Assembly (NCBI GenBank): GCA_963737905.1
Contig: CAVTUQ010000034.1
Coordinates: 1 to 64,000, forward strand
Direction: 5' to 3'
Source: an uncultured delta proteobacterium
GTDB lineage: Bacteria > Desulfobacterota > Binatia > UBA9968
Length of the DNA: 64,000 nt
Position 1 is the stretch's first letter; each line of letters starts with the position of its first letter. Made by a program: the position numbers and the translations under genes. The notes beneath the pieces were generated by a model, which was not told the origin of the DNA, ran no database searches, and was given only the letters and a program-made list of their open reading frames with translations. Positions 30,185 to 40,925 of the stretch are shown piece by piece.

Positions 30185-31354
30185 GTGATTCGGATAAAAG
30201 ACCTGGTGAAAAGTTTTCAAGGAGCGAAGGGCGAAGTTCGCGCCTTGCGCGGGGTGTCGTTCGAAGTGGATAAAGGTCAACTCTTCACCTTGCTTGGCCC
30301 GAGCGGTTGCGGCAAAACGACTACCTTGCGCTGCATTGCCGGGTTGGAGCGACCCCTGTCAGGCGACATGTGGGTCACTGATCGTGCGGTCTTTAGCGCG
30401 TCAAATAGAATATTCGTTCCTCCGGAACAGCGGCGTATTGGCATGGTCTTTCAGTCCTATGCGATTTGGCCCCACATGACGGTTTTTCAAAACGTTGCCT
30501 ATCCCTTGGCTAACACAATGAGCCGCAAAGACCTCGGAGGCCGTGTGGAACAAATTCTGGAGCGACTTAGTTTGAGCGGTCTGGCGGATCGTTTGGCTCC
30601 GAATCTGAGTGGTGGCCAACAACAGCGGGTCGCGCTCGCACGAGCTTTGGTCGCTCAACCCGAGGTTCTTTTGCTCGATGAGCCTTTGAGCAACCTCGAT
30701 GCCAAGCTCAGGGAACAAATGCGCTTCGAGCTCAAGACGCTGCACGAGTCACTCAATATAACGACCGTCTATGTCACACACGATCAAGAAGAGGCGCTGG
30801 CGCTATCCGATAAGATCGGTCTCATGGATGAGGGCGTGCTGCTGGAAGTCGGCGTTCCGACGGATCTCTACCTGCACCCTGCGCACCGGATCACCGCCGA
30901 TTTTCTAGGGACGTCTAATTTTGTTCCAGCGCAGGTCAAAAGGAGCGGAAACCAGCCTGGGGATGAAATGCTGGTGGAGTCGCCTTTGGGCGCTTTCGTT
31001 GCCCGGCGCAGCGTGGAGTGGCAGGAAGGGATGCAGGCCTCGTTATTCTTTCGTCCCGAGTATGTCGAATTTTTCGCCGGGAACAATCCGTCGACTAACG
31101 GAACAAATGTTGGAACCGGCACTGTGGAGCGGGTAACTTTCCTCGGGAACTCGGCCGACGTCGTGATTCGCTTCGGTGAAATCGCGCTGCGCGTGCGCGC
31201 GCATCCGGCGCACACGCCGGCTGTAGGCAAGAAAGTACATTTTACGGTGGCGCCGGAATTTTGCATTGTTTTTCCGGCTTCGTCATCGTCCGGCAGGGCA
31301 CCCTCACCTCAGTCCTCTCCTATCGAGGGAGAGAATGTAAGTCTTAGCAAGTGA
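30185..31354 (+). CDS. ABC ATP-binding protein (FbpC/PotA-like)
   Basis: GPSGCGKT, LSGGQQQR, LLLDEP, VTHDQEEA. Confidence 0.9.
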   Translation: MIRIKDLVKSFQGAKGEVRALRGVSFEVDKGQLFTLLGPSGCGKTTTLRCIAGLERPLSGDMWVTDRAVFSASNRIFVPPEQRRIGMVFQSYAIWPHMTVFQNVAYPLANTMSRKDLGGRVEQILERLSLSGLADRLAPNLSGGQQQRVALARALVAQPEVLLLDEPLSNLDAKLREQMRFELKTLHESLNITTVYVTHDQEEALALSDKIGLMDEGVLLEVGVPTDLYLHPAHRITADFLGTSNFVPAQVKRSGNQPGDEMLVESPLGAFVARRSVEWQEGMQASLFFRPEYVEFFAGNNPSTNGTNVGTGTVERVTFLGNSADVVIRFGEIALRVRAHPAHTPAVGKKVHFTVAPEFCIVFPASSSSGRAPSPQSSPIEGENVSLSK

Positions 31355-31374
31355 TCGAAAGAAAGAGGACAGCG

Positions 31375-32326
31375 ATGGAACTAACCCAATCACCACTAGG
31401 TCGTGATCGTCAAAACAGCATCGAATGGCGTCTTTATAAAGACATGCTCGTGACTCGTTTATTCGAAGAATCCTGCATTCGCTGGGAGCATGAGGGAAAA
31501 ATGTCGGCGCAAGTTTTTCCCAGCCGGGGTCAGGAAGCCATAGCCGTGGGCTCATGCCTGGTGATGGAAAAAGGGGACACGGTGATTCCTTCGTTTCGTA
31601 CGCGCGGCGCCATGGTTGCCATGGGTATCACCATCGTCGAGCAGTTGCGGGAAATCATGCATAGCCCGGTGGCGGCGGGAGGATCGCGCGATGCGCCGCA
31701 TCACAGCTCGTGGCCAGAGCGTGGCGTGATGCCCGGTTCGACAATGATCGGCGGCCACCTGGCGATGGCTGCAGGACTGGCGCTGGCCATGCAGCTGGAA
31801 GTGCAGGGCGCCGTGAGTTTAGCTTTCTTCGGCGACGGCACGTTAGGCTCAGGTGATCTTCATGAAACAATGCACATCGCCGGCATCTGGTCACTGCCGT
31901 TGATTCTCGTCTGTGAAAACAATGGTTGGGAGATGGCCACTCCTTGGCAAAAAGTCCGCAAACATCGCGAATTGATTCCTTATGCGGAGCCCTTCGGTTT
32001 CGCCACGCGCAAGGTCGACGGCAACGATCCATGGGACGTTTATCATTCCGCGCGCTGGGCGCGCGCCACCGCCTTGAGCGGCCAGGCGGTTTTTCTCGAT
32101 TGCATCACCTTTCGCAGCGGCACCTACAGTTCCCATTTCGGTGAGACCCGTCCAGAAATCGAAAAAGATCTGGCCGAGTGGGAGAAGCGGGACCCGTTAA
32201 AGAGAATGGGTGACTGGTTGATCGGCCGTGGCCTGGCATCGGCCGAAGACTTGGGGCGAGTGGGGCGAGAGGAAGCAACAGCGGATCGAAGAAGCCTTCA
32301 ACCAGGTTCTCGGAGAGTTGAAATAG
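31375..32326 (+). CDS. TPP-dependent dehydrogenase E1 alpha subunit (AcoA/PdhA-like), frameshift ~32275
   Basis: GQEA, FGDG...ENN TPP motif, VDGND, RDP; alternative frame ends QQRIEEAFNQVLGELK* at 32326. Confidence 0.8.
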
Positions 32327-32403
32327 GAAGGCACTTTCATAGCTCAGAAATCGATGCGAATGATGATTATCGTCTTGCCTGCTAAGCGGAAAAGGATTCA
32401 GAA

Positions 32404-32450
32404 CCCCTACTGAATCTCCCCCTTAGCAAAGGGGGAGAAAAAGAGGGGGG
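32404..32450. repeat. REP-like palindrome (CCCCCTT-N-AAGGGGG class)
   Basis: ctcccccttagcaaagggggag; related unit at 50090-50137. Confidence 0.55.
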
Positions 32451-32536
32451 TGTGGTCGGAAGGACGTGATGATTTAACGGACGTGTAAAGGAGTGGACCT
32501 AGTTTAGACGGGTAGGCAGAAAAAAGGAGGGAGAAC

Positions 32537-33487
32537 ATGGCGACGGTGACTTATCGAGACGCGGTCGGGAGAGCGCTTCAGGATTCATTGCGCGAGGATC
32601 CGCGTTTAATCCTTATCGGCCAAAATATTGCCGGCTATACGTTGAAACAAATGGCTGAAGAATTCGGCGAAAGCCGCATCCGCGATACCAGCATCAGCGA
32701 AAGCGCCATGGTGGGAATGGCGGTGGGCACGGCGATGAAAGGATGGAAGGCCGTAGTCATGATCGCCTATGCGGATATTTCGTCGGTCTGTCACAAGGCC
32801 ATCGTGCAGAGCGCCGCCAAGATGCACTACCTCACCTGCGGGCGTTTGCAATGTCCCATCGTGATCCGTCTCCCCATCGCTCGTTTCCGCGGGCACGGTC
32901 CCATGGGAAACGAAGTTGCCGTGTCATGGTTCTATAACGTTCCGGATCTCAATATCGCGATGCCCGGATCGGCCGATGAAGCTTACTGGTGTTTTCGCGA
33001 CGCCTTGCAGCGCCCGACGCCCACATTGTTTTTTGAGGATCGGTCGATCCACAACCGTTCGGGTGAAATCGCTGCGAACAATCCTGGCGCCAAAGCGCGC
33101 GTAACACGCTCGGGCGATGCCTTGACGATCATCGCCGCGGGGCGAACCGCGGCTCTTGCCGAAGATACGGCTGGTCATTTGGCTAAAGAGGGGAATCGCG
33201 GAGTGGTCGAAGTGGTCAGTCTAGGTTTCATCAAGCCGCTGGACAGGGAGACCATTTTGAAAGCAGTACGCAAGACGGGAAGAGTGCTTATCGTGCAAGA
33301 CGAACCGCCCTGGTCGGGGTATGCGCCTTACGTGCGTTGTTTGCTCGATGAGCTTCCATCAGGCGCCCTTGCGGTTGCGCCCCGTATCATTTCCGGTGCC
33401 GACGAATTTCTTCCCTATTGGGACGAGCGTCCGTTTCTACCCTCAATGGAAGATCTCGTTGCCGCCGCCGAGGAGCTGATGAGATAA
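32537..33487 (+). CDS. TPP-dependent dehydrogenase E1 beta subunit
   Basis: RIRDTSISESAMVGMAVG, PIVIR, KPLD, VRKTGR. Confidence 0.85.
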   Translation: MATVTYRDAVGRALQDSLREDPRLILIGQNIAGYTLKQMAEEFGESRIRDTSISESAMVGMAVGTAMKGWKAVVMIAYADISSVCHKAIVQSAAKMHYLTCGRLQCPIVIRLPIARFRGHGPMGNEVAVSWFYNVPDLNIAMPGSADEAYWCFRDALQRPTPTLFFEDRSIHNRSGEIAANNPGAKARVTRSGDALTIIAAGRTAALAEDTAGHLAKEGNRGVVEVVSLGFIKPLDRETILKAVRKTGRVLIVQDEPPWSGYAPYVRCLLDELPSGALAVAPRIISGADEFLPYWDERPFLPSMEDLVAAAEELMR

Positions 33488-33628
33488 TCAATCGGAGACG
33501 ACCTGGCGTTGCTGTGGGACGCGCTGTATGCTCTGTGAGTTTTTGAACGAATAAACGAAGTATGAAGCGGTTGACAACCTGGGGTCGATGAAGCTAAACG
33601 CAAGGCTATATTTTGCAGAGGAGATCTT

Positions 33629-34366
33629 ATGAAATCACACCGTGAACAGATCAGAGTGGATAATAGTTCTATGAACCTTTATATCAGCCAACCGGATGGC
33701 AGTGGCCTTGTGCCGGCCGTGGTGCTCATCCAACACCAGAACGGCGTGGACAAATTCATGGAGGAGATGACTGACCGAGTCGCGGCGGCTGGATATTTCG
33801 GCGTAACGCCGGACCTCTATCACCGCGATGGCGCGGAGTGCACAGATCCAGGGCCGACGCGGCGCACCAGGCTCCGGGACATGAACATCATTAACGACGT
33901 AAACGCGACAGTAGACTTTCTCAAGAGTCAAAAGCTCGTCAACCGAGGCAGAGTGGGAATCGTCGGCTTTTGCTTGGGAGGCCGGGTGGCCTACCTGATG
34001 GCAGCGGCGAGCCCGAGCTTTAGCGCCGCGGTCACTTATTATGGCGGCGGTATCTTCAGGTCGGGAGGCGACGGCCCGACGCCCTTTGAAAGGACCACTG
34101 AGATCAGCTGCCCGATCCAGGGCCACTTCGGTGAATTGGACAAGAATCCATCTCTAGATGACATGCGCAAGCTCGACGCCGAACTGACAAAGCACGGAAA
34201 AGCGCATGAGTTTTTCAGCTACCCCGGCGCTGATCACGCATTCATGGACCCACATCACGTTGGTCGATACAATGCAGAGGCGGACCAGTTGTCGTGGCCG
34301 CGAACTTTGGATTTTTTCCGGAAGCATCTACTCGAAGCGACTCCCGTGCGCGCCGTCGCATCGTGA
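33629..34366 (+). CDS. Dienelactone hydrolase family protein
   Basis: PDLYHR, GFCLGG, YPGADHAF. Confidence 0.88.
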   Translation: MKSHREQIRVDNSSMNLYISQPDGSGLVPAVVLIQHQNGVDKFMEEMTDRVAAAGYFGVTPDLYHRDGAECTDPGPTRRTRLRDMNIINDVNATVDFLKSQKLVNRGRVGIVGFCLGGRVAYLMAAASPSFSAAVTYYGGGIFRSGGDGPTPFERTTEISCPIQGHFGELDKNPSLDDMRKLDAELTKHGKAHEFFSYPGADHAFMDPHHVGRYNAEADQLSWPRTLDFFRKHLLEATPVRAVAS

Positions 34367-34387
34367 AAATTCCTGGAGCGAATCCTT

Positions 34388-36280
34388 ATGGCAAATGCAT
34401 CTGATATCTTTCCAGTCCAACGCCGGACAAAACTTCCCGGCGGCTACATGGGCAAGATCCTGCGCGTCGATCTGACGACAGGATCGCTGAAAGACGAGAA
34501 TTTGCCCGAAGAGCCGCTGCTGAGAAAGTTTATCGGGGGACAGGCGCTCGCCGAATATATTTTGCTCAGGGAACTGCCCATCGAGGCGAAACCCTACGGG
34601 CCTGAAAGCAAAGTCATCATGATGACCGGGCCGCTCACAGGAACGGGTTTGACGCCTGGAGGAACCAAGGTAACGGCTGTTTTTTTGAGCCCCATGACGA
34701 ATTACTCGCTGGGGCGTGGCGCCGCCAGCGGTTTCTGGGCGGCCTATCTCAAGTCGGCCGGATACGACGGCATTATCATCGAAGGCGCTTCCAGCAAACC
34801 GACTTATCTATTCGTCAACGATGGCAAGCCGGAGTTGCGCGACGCCGGCCGATTTTGGGGGAAAGGCTCGCGACAGACTGAAGATATGTTACGGGCGGCC
34901 GTCGGGATCAAAGATGCCAGGGTGATGGGCATCGGCCCGGCAGGGGAGCATCTAGTGCACGCGGCGATGCTCTGCAACGATTACAATCACTCCGCATCGC
35001 ACAGCGGTGGCGCAATCTTCGGGTCGAAGAAGCTCAAAGCGATTGTCGTCTACGGCACCCAGCGGCCGCCGCTCCATGACAAGGCGGCTTTGATTGAAGC
35101 CGGACTTAGGTGGCGCAAGACACTGCAGGTTTATTCCGTGCAGGACCGGACCGGTGTGGGACACGCCCGGCACCTCGACGCGCTGCCCAACAACAACATG
35201 CAAAGCTCGCTCATCGCCGATCACAACCGCGGTTTCGATCAGAATCGGATTGTTCAGCGACCCTGTTTTCAATGTGCTCGCCTCTGTCCCTGGGATGTCG
35301 AGATCGGCGAGGGGCAATTCAAGGGGCACGTCGGCCACTTCAATGCGGGCGCGGAATGGCTCGATACCTTCTGGAACCTGGGTATCAAAGGTAACGACAC
35401 CCTTTATCTCGCGGAGCGGATCAATGATCTCGGCATCGAATGTGGTCACTTCTCCTTCGGCGCCGGAGTTCTCTTCGAGGCCTGGGAGAAGGGGCTCATT
35501 GGACCGCAGGATACCGACGGGATGCGTTTTGAGTGGGGGAATTTGGAAGTGATCGACCGGTTGCTCGAGATGACCGCCCGGCGAGAGGGAAAGTGGGGCA
35601 ATCTCATAGCCGATGGACCGCTCGAGGTAGCCGAGGCCATCGGCGGCGATGCTCTCAAGATGGTGGTCCACACCAAGAGAGGGGTTCCCGCCATGCATGA
35701 TTGGCGGCCGCATTTCAGTAACATGCTGCGCGAGGTTGTCGCTAGCGGCGGCATGAAGCCGCAAGGCGGAGGAACGGCGAACCCACCGCCGGATCTCAAA
35801 TACAGAGAGAAATGGGGACCCCTGGATCGAGACAAGCCCGATGGTTGGCCCCAGTCCAACGTGGTGGCCGAGCAGTACCGCCAGTTTGTCGGCCTCATGG
35901 GCGGTTGCTGGTTCGCGCAGATGCATCTCAAGCCCGACGGGCTCAACAGCGTCATAGACTCTTTCAATGCAACGACCGGTTGGAATTTTACGCTCGATGA
36001 AGCGATGCTTGCCGGTCATCGCAGCGCAATCTTGCAAAGTATCTTCGGCACGCAACGAGGCTGGGTTGCCGACCATGACTGGCAGCAGGTGGGACCGAGA
36101 TTTCTCGATCCTGTGCCGGACGGAAAGTTTCAAGGGTTTACCATAGCCAAGTGGCTGCCCGAGATGGTTCAGGAGTACTACCGTCTATCGGGACGGCACG
36201 AGAAGACCGGCAGGCCGTTCATGGATACGCTCAACAAGCTCGGTCTGGAAGAGTTCAAAGATTGGGCACAGCTGGACTGA
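34388..36280 (+). CDS. Aldehyde:ferredoxin oxidoreductase family (W/Mo-bispterin)
   Basis: GYMGKILRVDL, LKSAGYDGIIIEG, IGPAGE, GSKKLKAI, CFQCARLC. Confidence 0.88.
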   Translation: MANASDIFPVQRRTKLPGGYMGKILRVDLTTGSLKDENLPEEPLLRKFIGGQALAEYILLRELPIEAKPYGPESKVIMMTGPLTGTGLTPGGTKVTAVFLSPMTNYSLGRGAASGFWAAYLKSAGYDGIIIEGASSKPTYLFVNDGKPELRDAGRFWGKGSRQTEDMLRAAVGIKDARVMGIGPAGEHLVHAAMLCNDYNHSASHSGGAIFGSKKLKAIVVYGTQRPPLHDKAALIEAGLRWRKTLQVYSVQDRTGVGHARHLDALPNNNMQSSLIADHNRGFDQNRIVQRPCFQCARLCPWDVEIGEGQFKGHVGHFNAGAEWLDTFWNLGIKGNDTLYLAERINDLGIECGHFSFGAGVLFEAWEKGLIGPQDTDGMRFEWGNLEVIDRLLEMTARREGKWGNLIADGPLEVAEAIGGDALKMVVHTKRGVPAMHDWRPHFSNMLREVVASGGMKPQGGGTANPPPDLKYREKWGPLDRDKPDGWPQSNVVAEQYRQFVGLMGGCWFAQMHLKPDGLNSVIDSFNATTGWNFTLDEAMLAGHRSAILQSIFGTQRGWVADHDWQQVGPRFLDPVPDGKFQGFTIAKWLPEMVQEYYRLSGRHEKTGRPFMDTLNKLGLEEFKDWAQLD

Positions 36281-36533
36281 ACGTTGCTATGCGGACTGTG
36301 CTAACCCGAACATTCATGCTCCGAGGAAAAGCCACGACACAGTGTCGATCAAGGGATGAGCTTGGAGGAGCGAAGGCACCGAGACGAACAGCTCAATGAC
36401 GTTTATGATGCTTGGCTGTGCGCTCGAATTTTTCCAGGTATCCGCTTCAGAACTCATGTTTGCAGGCCGCCCCAAGGTAGAGGCCCATTGCCTTCGATCC
36501 GGAGGGCTCGTCCCTTGATCGGCGTTTGCCAGT

Positions 36534-37604
36534 TCACGCAGCCGGCGTCTGGAAGTGCGGCATTACATGGGCGGCAAAGAGTTCCAGGGTCCTGAATGCT
36601 TCGCGGTCCTTGATGCCGCCAAAATTGATCTGCATAGAGGGCTCATGCTCTCCGATCAGATCGCGGTTGAATTGCACCTGCTCGATCACCTCTGCAGGCG
36701 TTCCGACCAGCGCGGTGTGACTCTCGATCATCTTCTCCGCGGTAAGCGAGCTGATAGCGTCCACCAGCTTACTATAGCCGGCGTATTGGTTTGATTGCTG
36801 GCCCGCCCACGAGGACACCGCTTCGGCGAAGACCTCGATGTAACGCTCCACCGGGCGCTTGAACCCCTCGATCGCCTCCTGATGAGTCTCGGCGACATAG
36901 CAATGGAGTGAGGACTGAATCTGCTCGGCACCCGGGGGATGACCGGCCTCTCGCCAGGCGTCGCGGTAGCTCTGCACCAAGTCGCGGACGAGATCGAGGT
37001 TGCTGGCGAAAGGAACGATCATGATGTGATAGCCATGCCGGCCCGCCCAGATGAACGATTCCTTCGTCGCGACTGCTGCGATCCAGATCGGCGGATGAGG
37101 TTTCTGCACCGGACGGGGCATGAGCCGGACGTCCTGAAAACTCTGAAATTTTCCCTCGTAGGAAACCCGCTCCTCGGTCCAGAGACGGGTAATGATATCA
37201 ATTCCCTCTTCGAAGCGCGGTCGGCTCTCGTCCATGCTTACCCTAAAGACATCGAACTCCTTCGGGATGAAAGCGCGTCCAAAGCCCGCGTCGAGCCGCC
37301 CGTTGCTGATATTATCGAGCATCGCGAGTTCGCCGGCGAGTTTGATGGGATTGTTGAAGGCGGGTATCACCGCGCCGGTGATCAACCGGATGCGTCGGGT
37401 GCGGGCCGCGATGGCTGACAAGAGGACGATAGGATTCGGACTGTGACCGCCATAGTCGTGAAAGTAGTGCTCCACTGTTTTGATCGAGCCGTAGCCCAGC
37501 TCATCAGCGCGTTCCGACAGCCGAAGTCCCAGCGCGTAGTACTCCGCCGTGGACATGTCCTGCAAGCGAAACGACGGGAAGAAATTAAGACCGAAGCGCA
37601 TCAC
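36534..37604 (-). CDS. LLM class flavin-dependent oxidoreductase
   Basis: ADELGY, EHYF, LDNISNGRL, PRPVQKPHPPIW. Confidence 0.88.
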   Translation of the reverse strand: MMRFGLNFFPSFRLQDMSTAEYYALGLRLSERADELGYGSIKTVEHYFHDYGGHSPNPIVLLSAIAARTRRIRLITGAVIPAFNNPIKLAGELAMLDNISNGRLDAGFGRAFIPKEFDVFRVSMDESRPRFEEGIDIITRLWTEERVSYEGKFQSFQDVRLMPRPVQKPHPPIWIAAVATKESFIWAGRHGYHIMIVPFASNLDLVRDLVQSYRDAWREAGHPPGAEQIQSSLHCYVAETHQEAIEGFKRPVERYIEVFAEAVSSWAGQQSNQYAGYSKLVDAISSLTAEKMIESHTALVGTPAEVIEQVQFNRDLIGEHEPSMQINFGGIKDREAFRTLELFAAHVMPHFQTPAA

Positions 37605-37628
37605 GTTCTCTTTACGGGTCTCGCAACC

Positions 37629-38663
37629 TCAACGGCTAGGATTCGATCCTTTTCCGTAGAGCTCCGCCAGGAACCCGCTCTTCTCGATCTCCCGCAAAAA
37701 ACTCAAGTCCATGAAATCCGCCGGCTTGAGGGTCTTGGCTTTCGGATCGGTTTCGCGGTCCAGCTCTCCTTGAATGGACTCGTCTGTAGGAATCGGCAAA
37801 GCATCGGTGATATCGCGCTGGTAATCATAGAGGAAAGCGACCTGGTCGGCGGTGGCGCCGCGAAAGTACTTCTGAAGAGCCCGCAGCGAGCCTTCGCGAT
37901 TGGTCTTAAAGTAATGAACGCCTTCGACATAGGCTCGCAGGAACCTCATGACTCCCTCCCGGTCACGACTGATATGACGCTGCGTTGCACTCAGCGCGGC
38001 GCCCGACCCTGGCAATTTAAGGTCCTTGGCGCTACCCCCCGGGAGCGGTTTGGCTCGACCTTGGTGGATCAGGAGCAGCCCCGACTCGCCGGTGACTCCG
38101 GCGTCGATCTTCCCAGCCATCAGAGCGGATCCTACCTGAGGAATGCCGCCCATCTGTAGGATATTAACGTCGGCGTCCGGCTTAAGTCCGGTCCTCTTCA
38201 ACGCGTCTCTAAGGAAGGTATCCCCTTGCGAGCCATACTGCGTAACGCCTACAGTCTTGCCTTTCAAGTCTTGCAGGCGTTGGAGGGCAGAGTCAGGACG
38301 AAGCAAGATCTGCTGGCTGGAATAATTCTGCGTGGTTGCCAAAATAATCGGATCAGCCCCGCGCATGCGCGCGCGCAAAACCGATGAGGTTCCGCCAATC
38401 GCATAGTCAATGTCTCCTGCGAGGAGCGTTTGAATGATTCGGGGGCTTCCGGTTAACAGAATCACTTCGGCGTCGATGCCACGCTTGGCAAAAAGCCCGG
38501 ATTCCTTCGTAATCCACGGTATAGCTTGAGTAATGCCGGGGGCCACATAGGCCACGAGGATTTTCCGCCGCTGCTGCGCTGACGTTAGGTCGTAATTGAA
38601 AGTAAGAAATCCGAGGCCTGCGATTATGGCCACGAAGAGACAAGACAACTTGATGCGTTTCAT
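37629..38663 (-). CDS. NMT1/THI5-like substrate-binding protein
   Basis: GLFAKRGID, DLKGKTVGVTQYGS, AGKIDAG. Confidence 0.85.
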   Translation of the reverse strand: MKRIKLSCLFVAIIAGLGFLTFNYDLTSAQQRRKILVAYVAPGITQAIPWITKESGLFAKRGIDAEVILLTGSPRIIQTLLAGDIDYAIGGTSSVLRARMRGADPIILATTQNYSSQQILLRPDSALQRLQDLKGKTVGVTQYGSQGDTFLRDALKRTGLKPDADVNILQMGGIPQVGSALMAGKIDAGVTGESGLLLIHQGRAKPLPGGSAKDLKLPGSGAALSATQRHISRDREGVMRFLRAYVEGVHYFKTNREGSLRALQKYFRGATADQVAFLYDYQRDITDALPIPTDESIQGELDRETDPKAKTLKPADFMDLSFLREIEKSGFLAELYGKGSNPSR

Positions 38664-38747
38664 TTCTGCTACCTCAAGGGGTTTTTGCGTTCAACCCGAG
38701 ACCGAAACCTTAAACCTAAACGCGAAGGCGAATATGCGCCTTCGGCC

Positions 38748-40232
38748 TCACTGCCCCCTTATATATTTGGCGGCGTCCGTGCCGGCTGTGTGACCGGTGA
38801 TCGAGCCTCGCATCAGTCCGGAGCCGCTCGGGTAGTTATGATAGAAAAAGCCGCCGGTCAGTTCTCCCGCCGCCCAGAGGCCAGGGATCGGTGTTTCATC
38901 GCTCGACAGCACCCGGCATTGCGGATCGATCCGCAGTCCCCCGTACGTGAAGGTGATGCCGCATGCCACGGCGTAAGCGTGAAAGGGAGGAGAATCAAGC
39001 GGGTTCGCCCAGTTGGATTTCGGCGGATGGATACCGGTGGTTGCTTTTCCGTCTTTCTTTGAAAAATCGAACTCAGCGGAGTTAACCGACCGATTGAATT
39101 CTTCGAAGGTGCGGCGCAGCCGATAGGTGTCGATGCCGAGGTCGGCGGCCAGTTGCTCAACCGAATTCGCGACAACCGGCCGGCTTTGTAAATATTGGCT
39201 GCGCAGGAGCGGCACCGTTTTCTGATCGAAAATCTGGTAGGCGATTTGTCCCGGCTGGGCGAGGATGGTTCTGCCTGTCTTGGCGTAGGTATAAACCTGG
39301 AAGTCTTCGCCCTCATCGACGAATCGCTCTCCCTGGGTGTTGACCATGATACCGTAAGGATAAGAGTAGCGCGTGCTCTCATCGGTAGCGGCTTCGACGT
39401 TGGCGCCGTCAGCATCGATGACAGAAGCGTGACAGCCGCTCCAGTGACCGAAGGGGAGCGCACCAACATCCAAAGCCATACGGATGCCGTCGCCGGTGTT
39501 GTAGCGAGTGCCCCGCACCTTGACGAGATCCCAGTTCTGTCCCAGATAACGGGCCCGCATTTCCGGATTCGCTTCAAAGCCGCCGCAGGCCAGAATCACG
39601 GCGTTGGTCATAATCTTTTGCCTTCCGGCCGGCGATGCGATCAATACGCCCTCGATGGCGCCGCTCTGATCCACCAGCAACTCCAGGGCGCGTGCGGAAT
39701 AGATTACCTCGAGACCGCGCTTTTCCACGGTGGCAAAATGCATTTCCATCAGTCCCTTGCCGCCCTCGCGCGCGGCGACGGGAATGGTTCCGGTGCGCCA
39801 CACCAGTTTCCCTTTGACTCTCGCGCAATGGCTCATGTGCAATTCCCAGATTACGCCGTGCTGTGCCATCCATGTGACGACGTCTTGAGATCTTTCCACG
39901 AGCAACTCTGTCAGGATAGGATCGGCCAAGCCCTCCGTAACCCGCATCAGGTCGCCATAGAAGCGATCCTTCGGATAGGGTTCTACCTCGACGTTTTTGA
40001 ATTCCGTGCCGGCGGTCTCCTTGACAATACTTTTGATTTGCTCGAAGTCGGGAAACGCAAAGCGGAAGAGACCTCCGGAAAAAGCGGAATTACCGCCGCG
40101 CCGTTCCTTCGGTGCACGCTCCAAGAGCACAACCTTGGCTCCTAGATCATGGGCAGCAAGAGCTGCCACTGAAGCTGCATTGCCGGCGCCAATCACGACC
40201 ACGTCCGTTTGCAGCGCCCTTGTAGCTTCCAT
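38748..40232 (-). CDS. FAD-dependent tricarballylate dehydrogenase TcuA-like flavoprotein
   Basis: GAGNA, RGGNSAFSGG, GGFEAN, GITFTYGGL, NYPSGSGL. Confidence 0.8.
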   Translation of the reverse strand: MEATRALQTDVVVIGAGNAASVAALAAHDLGAKVVLLERAPKERRGGNSAFSGGLFRFAFPDFEQIKSIVKETAGTEFKNVEVEPYPKDRFYGDLMRVTEGLADPILTELLVERSQDVVTWMAQHGVIWELHMSHCARVKGKLVWRTGTIPVAAREGGKGLMEMHFATVEKRGLEVIYSARALELLVDQSGAIEGVLIASPAGRQKIMTNAVILACGGFEANPEMRARYLGQNWDLVKVRGTRYNTGDGIRMALDVGALPFGHWSGCHASVIDADGANVEAATDESTRYSYPYGIMVNTQGERFVDEGEDFQVYTYAKTGRTILAQPGQIAYQIFDQKTVPLLRSQYLQSRPVVANSVEQLAADLGIDTYRLRRTFEEFNRSVNSAEFDFSKKDGKATTGIHPPKSNWANPLDSPPFHAYAVACGITFTYGGLRIDPQCRVLSSDETPIPGLWAAGELTGGFFYHNYPSGSGLMRGSITGHTAGTDAAKYIRGQ

Positions 40233-40557
40233 TCGCGATTCTCCTTTGTGTTGTGAGCTTAAAAAACTTCCCTCTGCCGCGCTCAGTTATTGCTTGAGCA
40301 TCTTGGTCAGCTCAGCCCTAAACTCGAGAATCCTCGGAAACGGTGAGCCCGAGACCCAGCTGAACGAGTTGAGAGCAAAATAGGGCAGGGTGCGCAGGCG
40401 CGTCAAGTGGAAAAAGGGAAGATTTGGCCGTTCTGTTTCCGCAAAAACCTGATCCACCGCTCAGGAAAGATCGGCCAGCTTGCCTCTTGTCAGGCAGGCT
40501 CGAAGATTTCGTAGGATGCCATTCGCCGAGAGTAGATCGTAAGGAGGAAGAAAAACC

Positions 40558-40925
40558 ATGGCGCGCATCAGGCATCTTGCCATTCTCACAGAAGACGTGG
40601 AGAAACTGGTCAAGTTTTACACCTCAGCCTTCGGTTTAAAATCGTGAAGGGAATAGGTACCGCGACCTATCTGTCCGATGGGCATATCAACCTGGCAATC
40701 ATACCCATCGAGCCGGAGCGCAAGATTGAAGGTCCGCAATTGAAGCCCGGGTTATACCATTTCGGTTTCGAAGTCGAGGATGTCGCCGGCCTGCGGGAGG
40801 CATGTAAAGAACTCAACGCCACGACTGGCATCGACAAAAGACCGCCAAACCGTGAAGCCGAATACCGGGTTCACGATCCCGACGGCAATCCCATCGATCT
40901 CTCGCAACACGGTTGGCCGATTTAA
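40558..40925 (+). CDS. VOC/glyoxalase protein, frameshift in the A-run at 40638-40641
   Basis: MARIRHLAI start after AGGAGG; GLYHFGFEV, DPDGNPIDLSQHGW; paralog of 24785. Confidence 0.8.

Noticed and set aside
34952-40145. Long antisense ORFs (34952..36133, 37443..38159, 39195..40145; likewise 17498..18334 and 26422..27159)
   Set aside because: Shadows of well-supported genes in GC-rich DNA, with no recognisable motifs.
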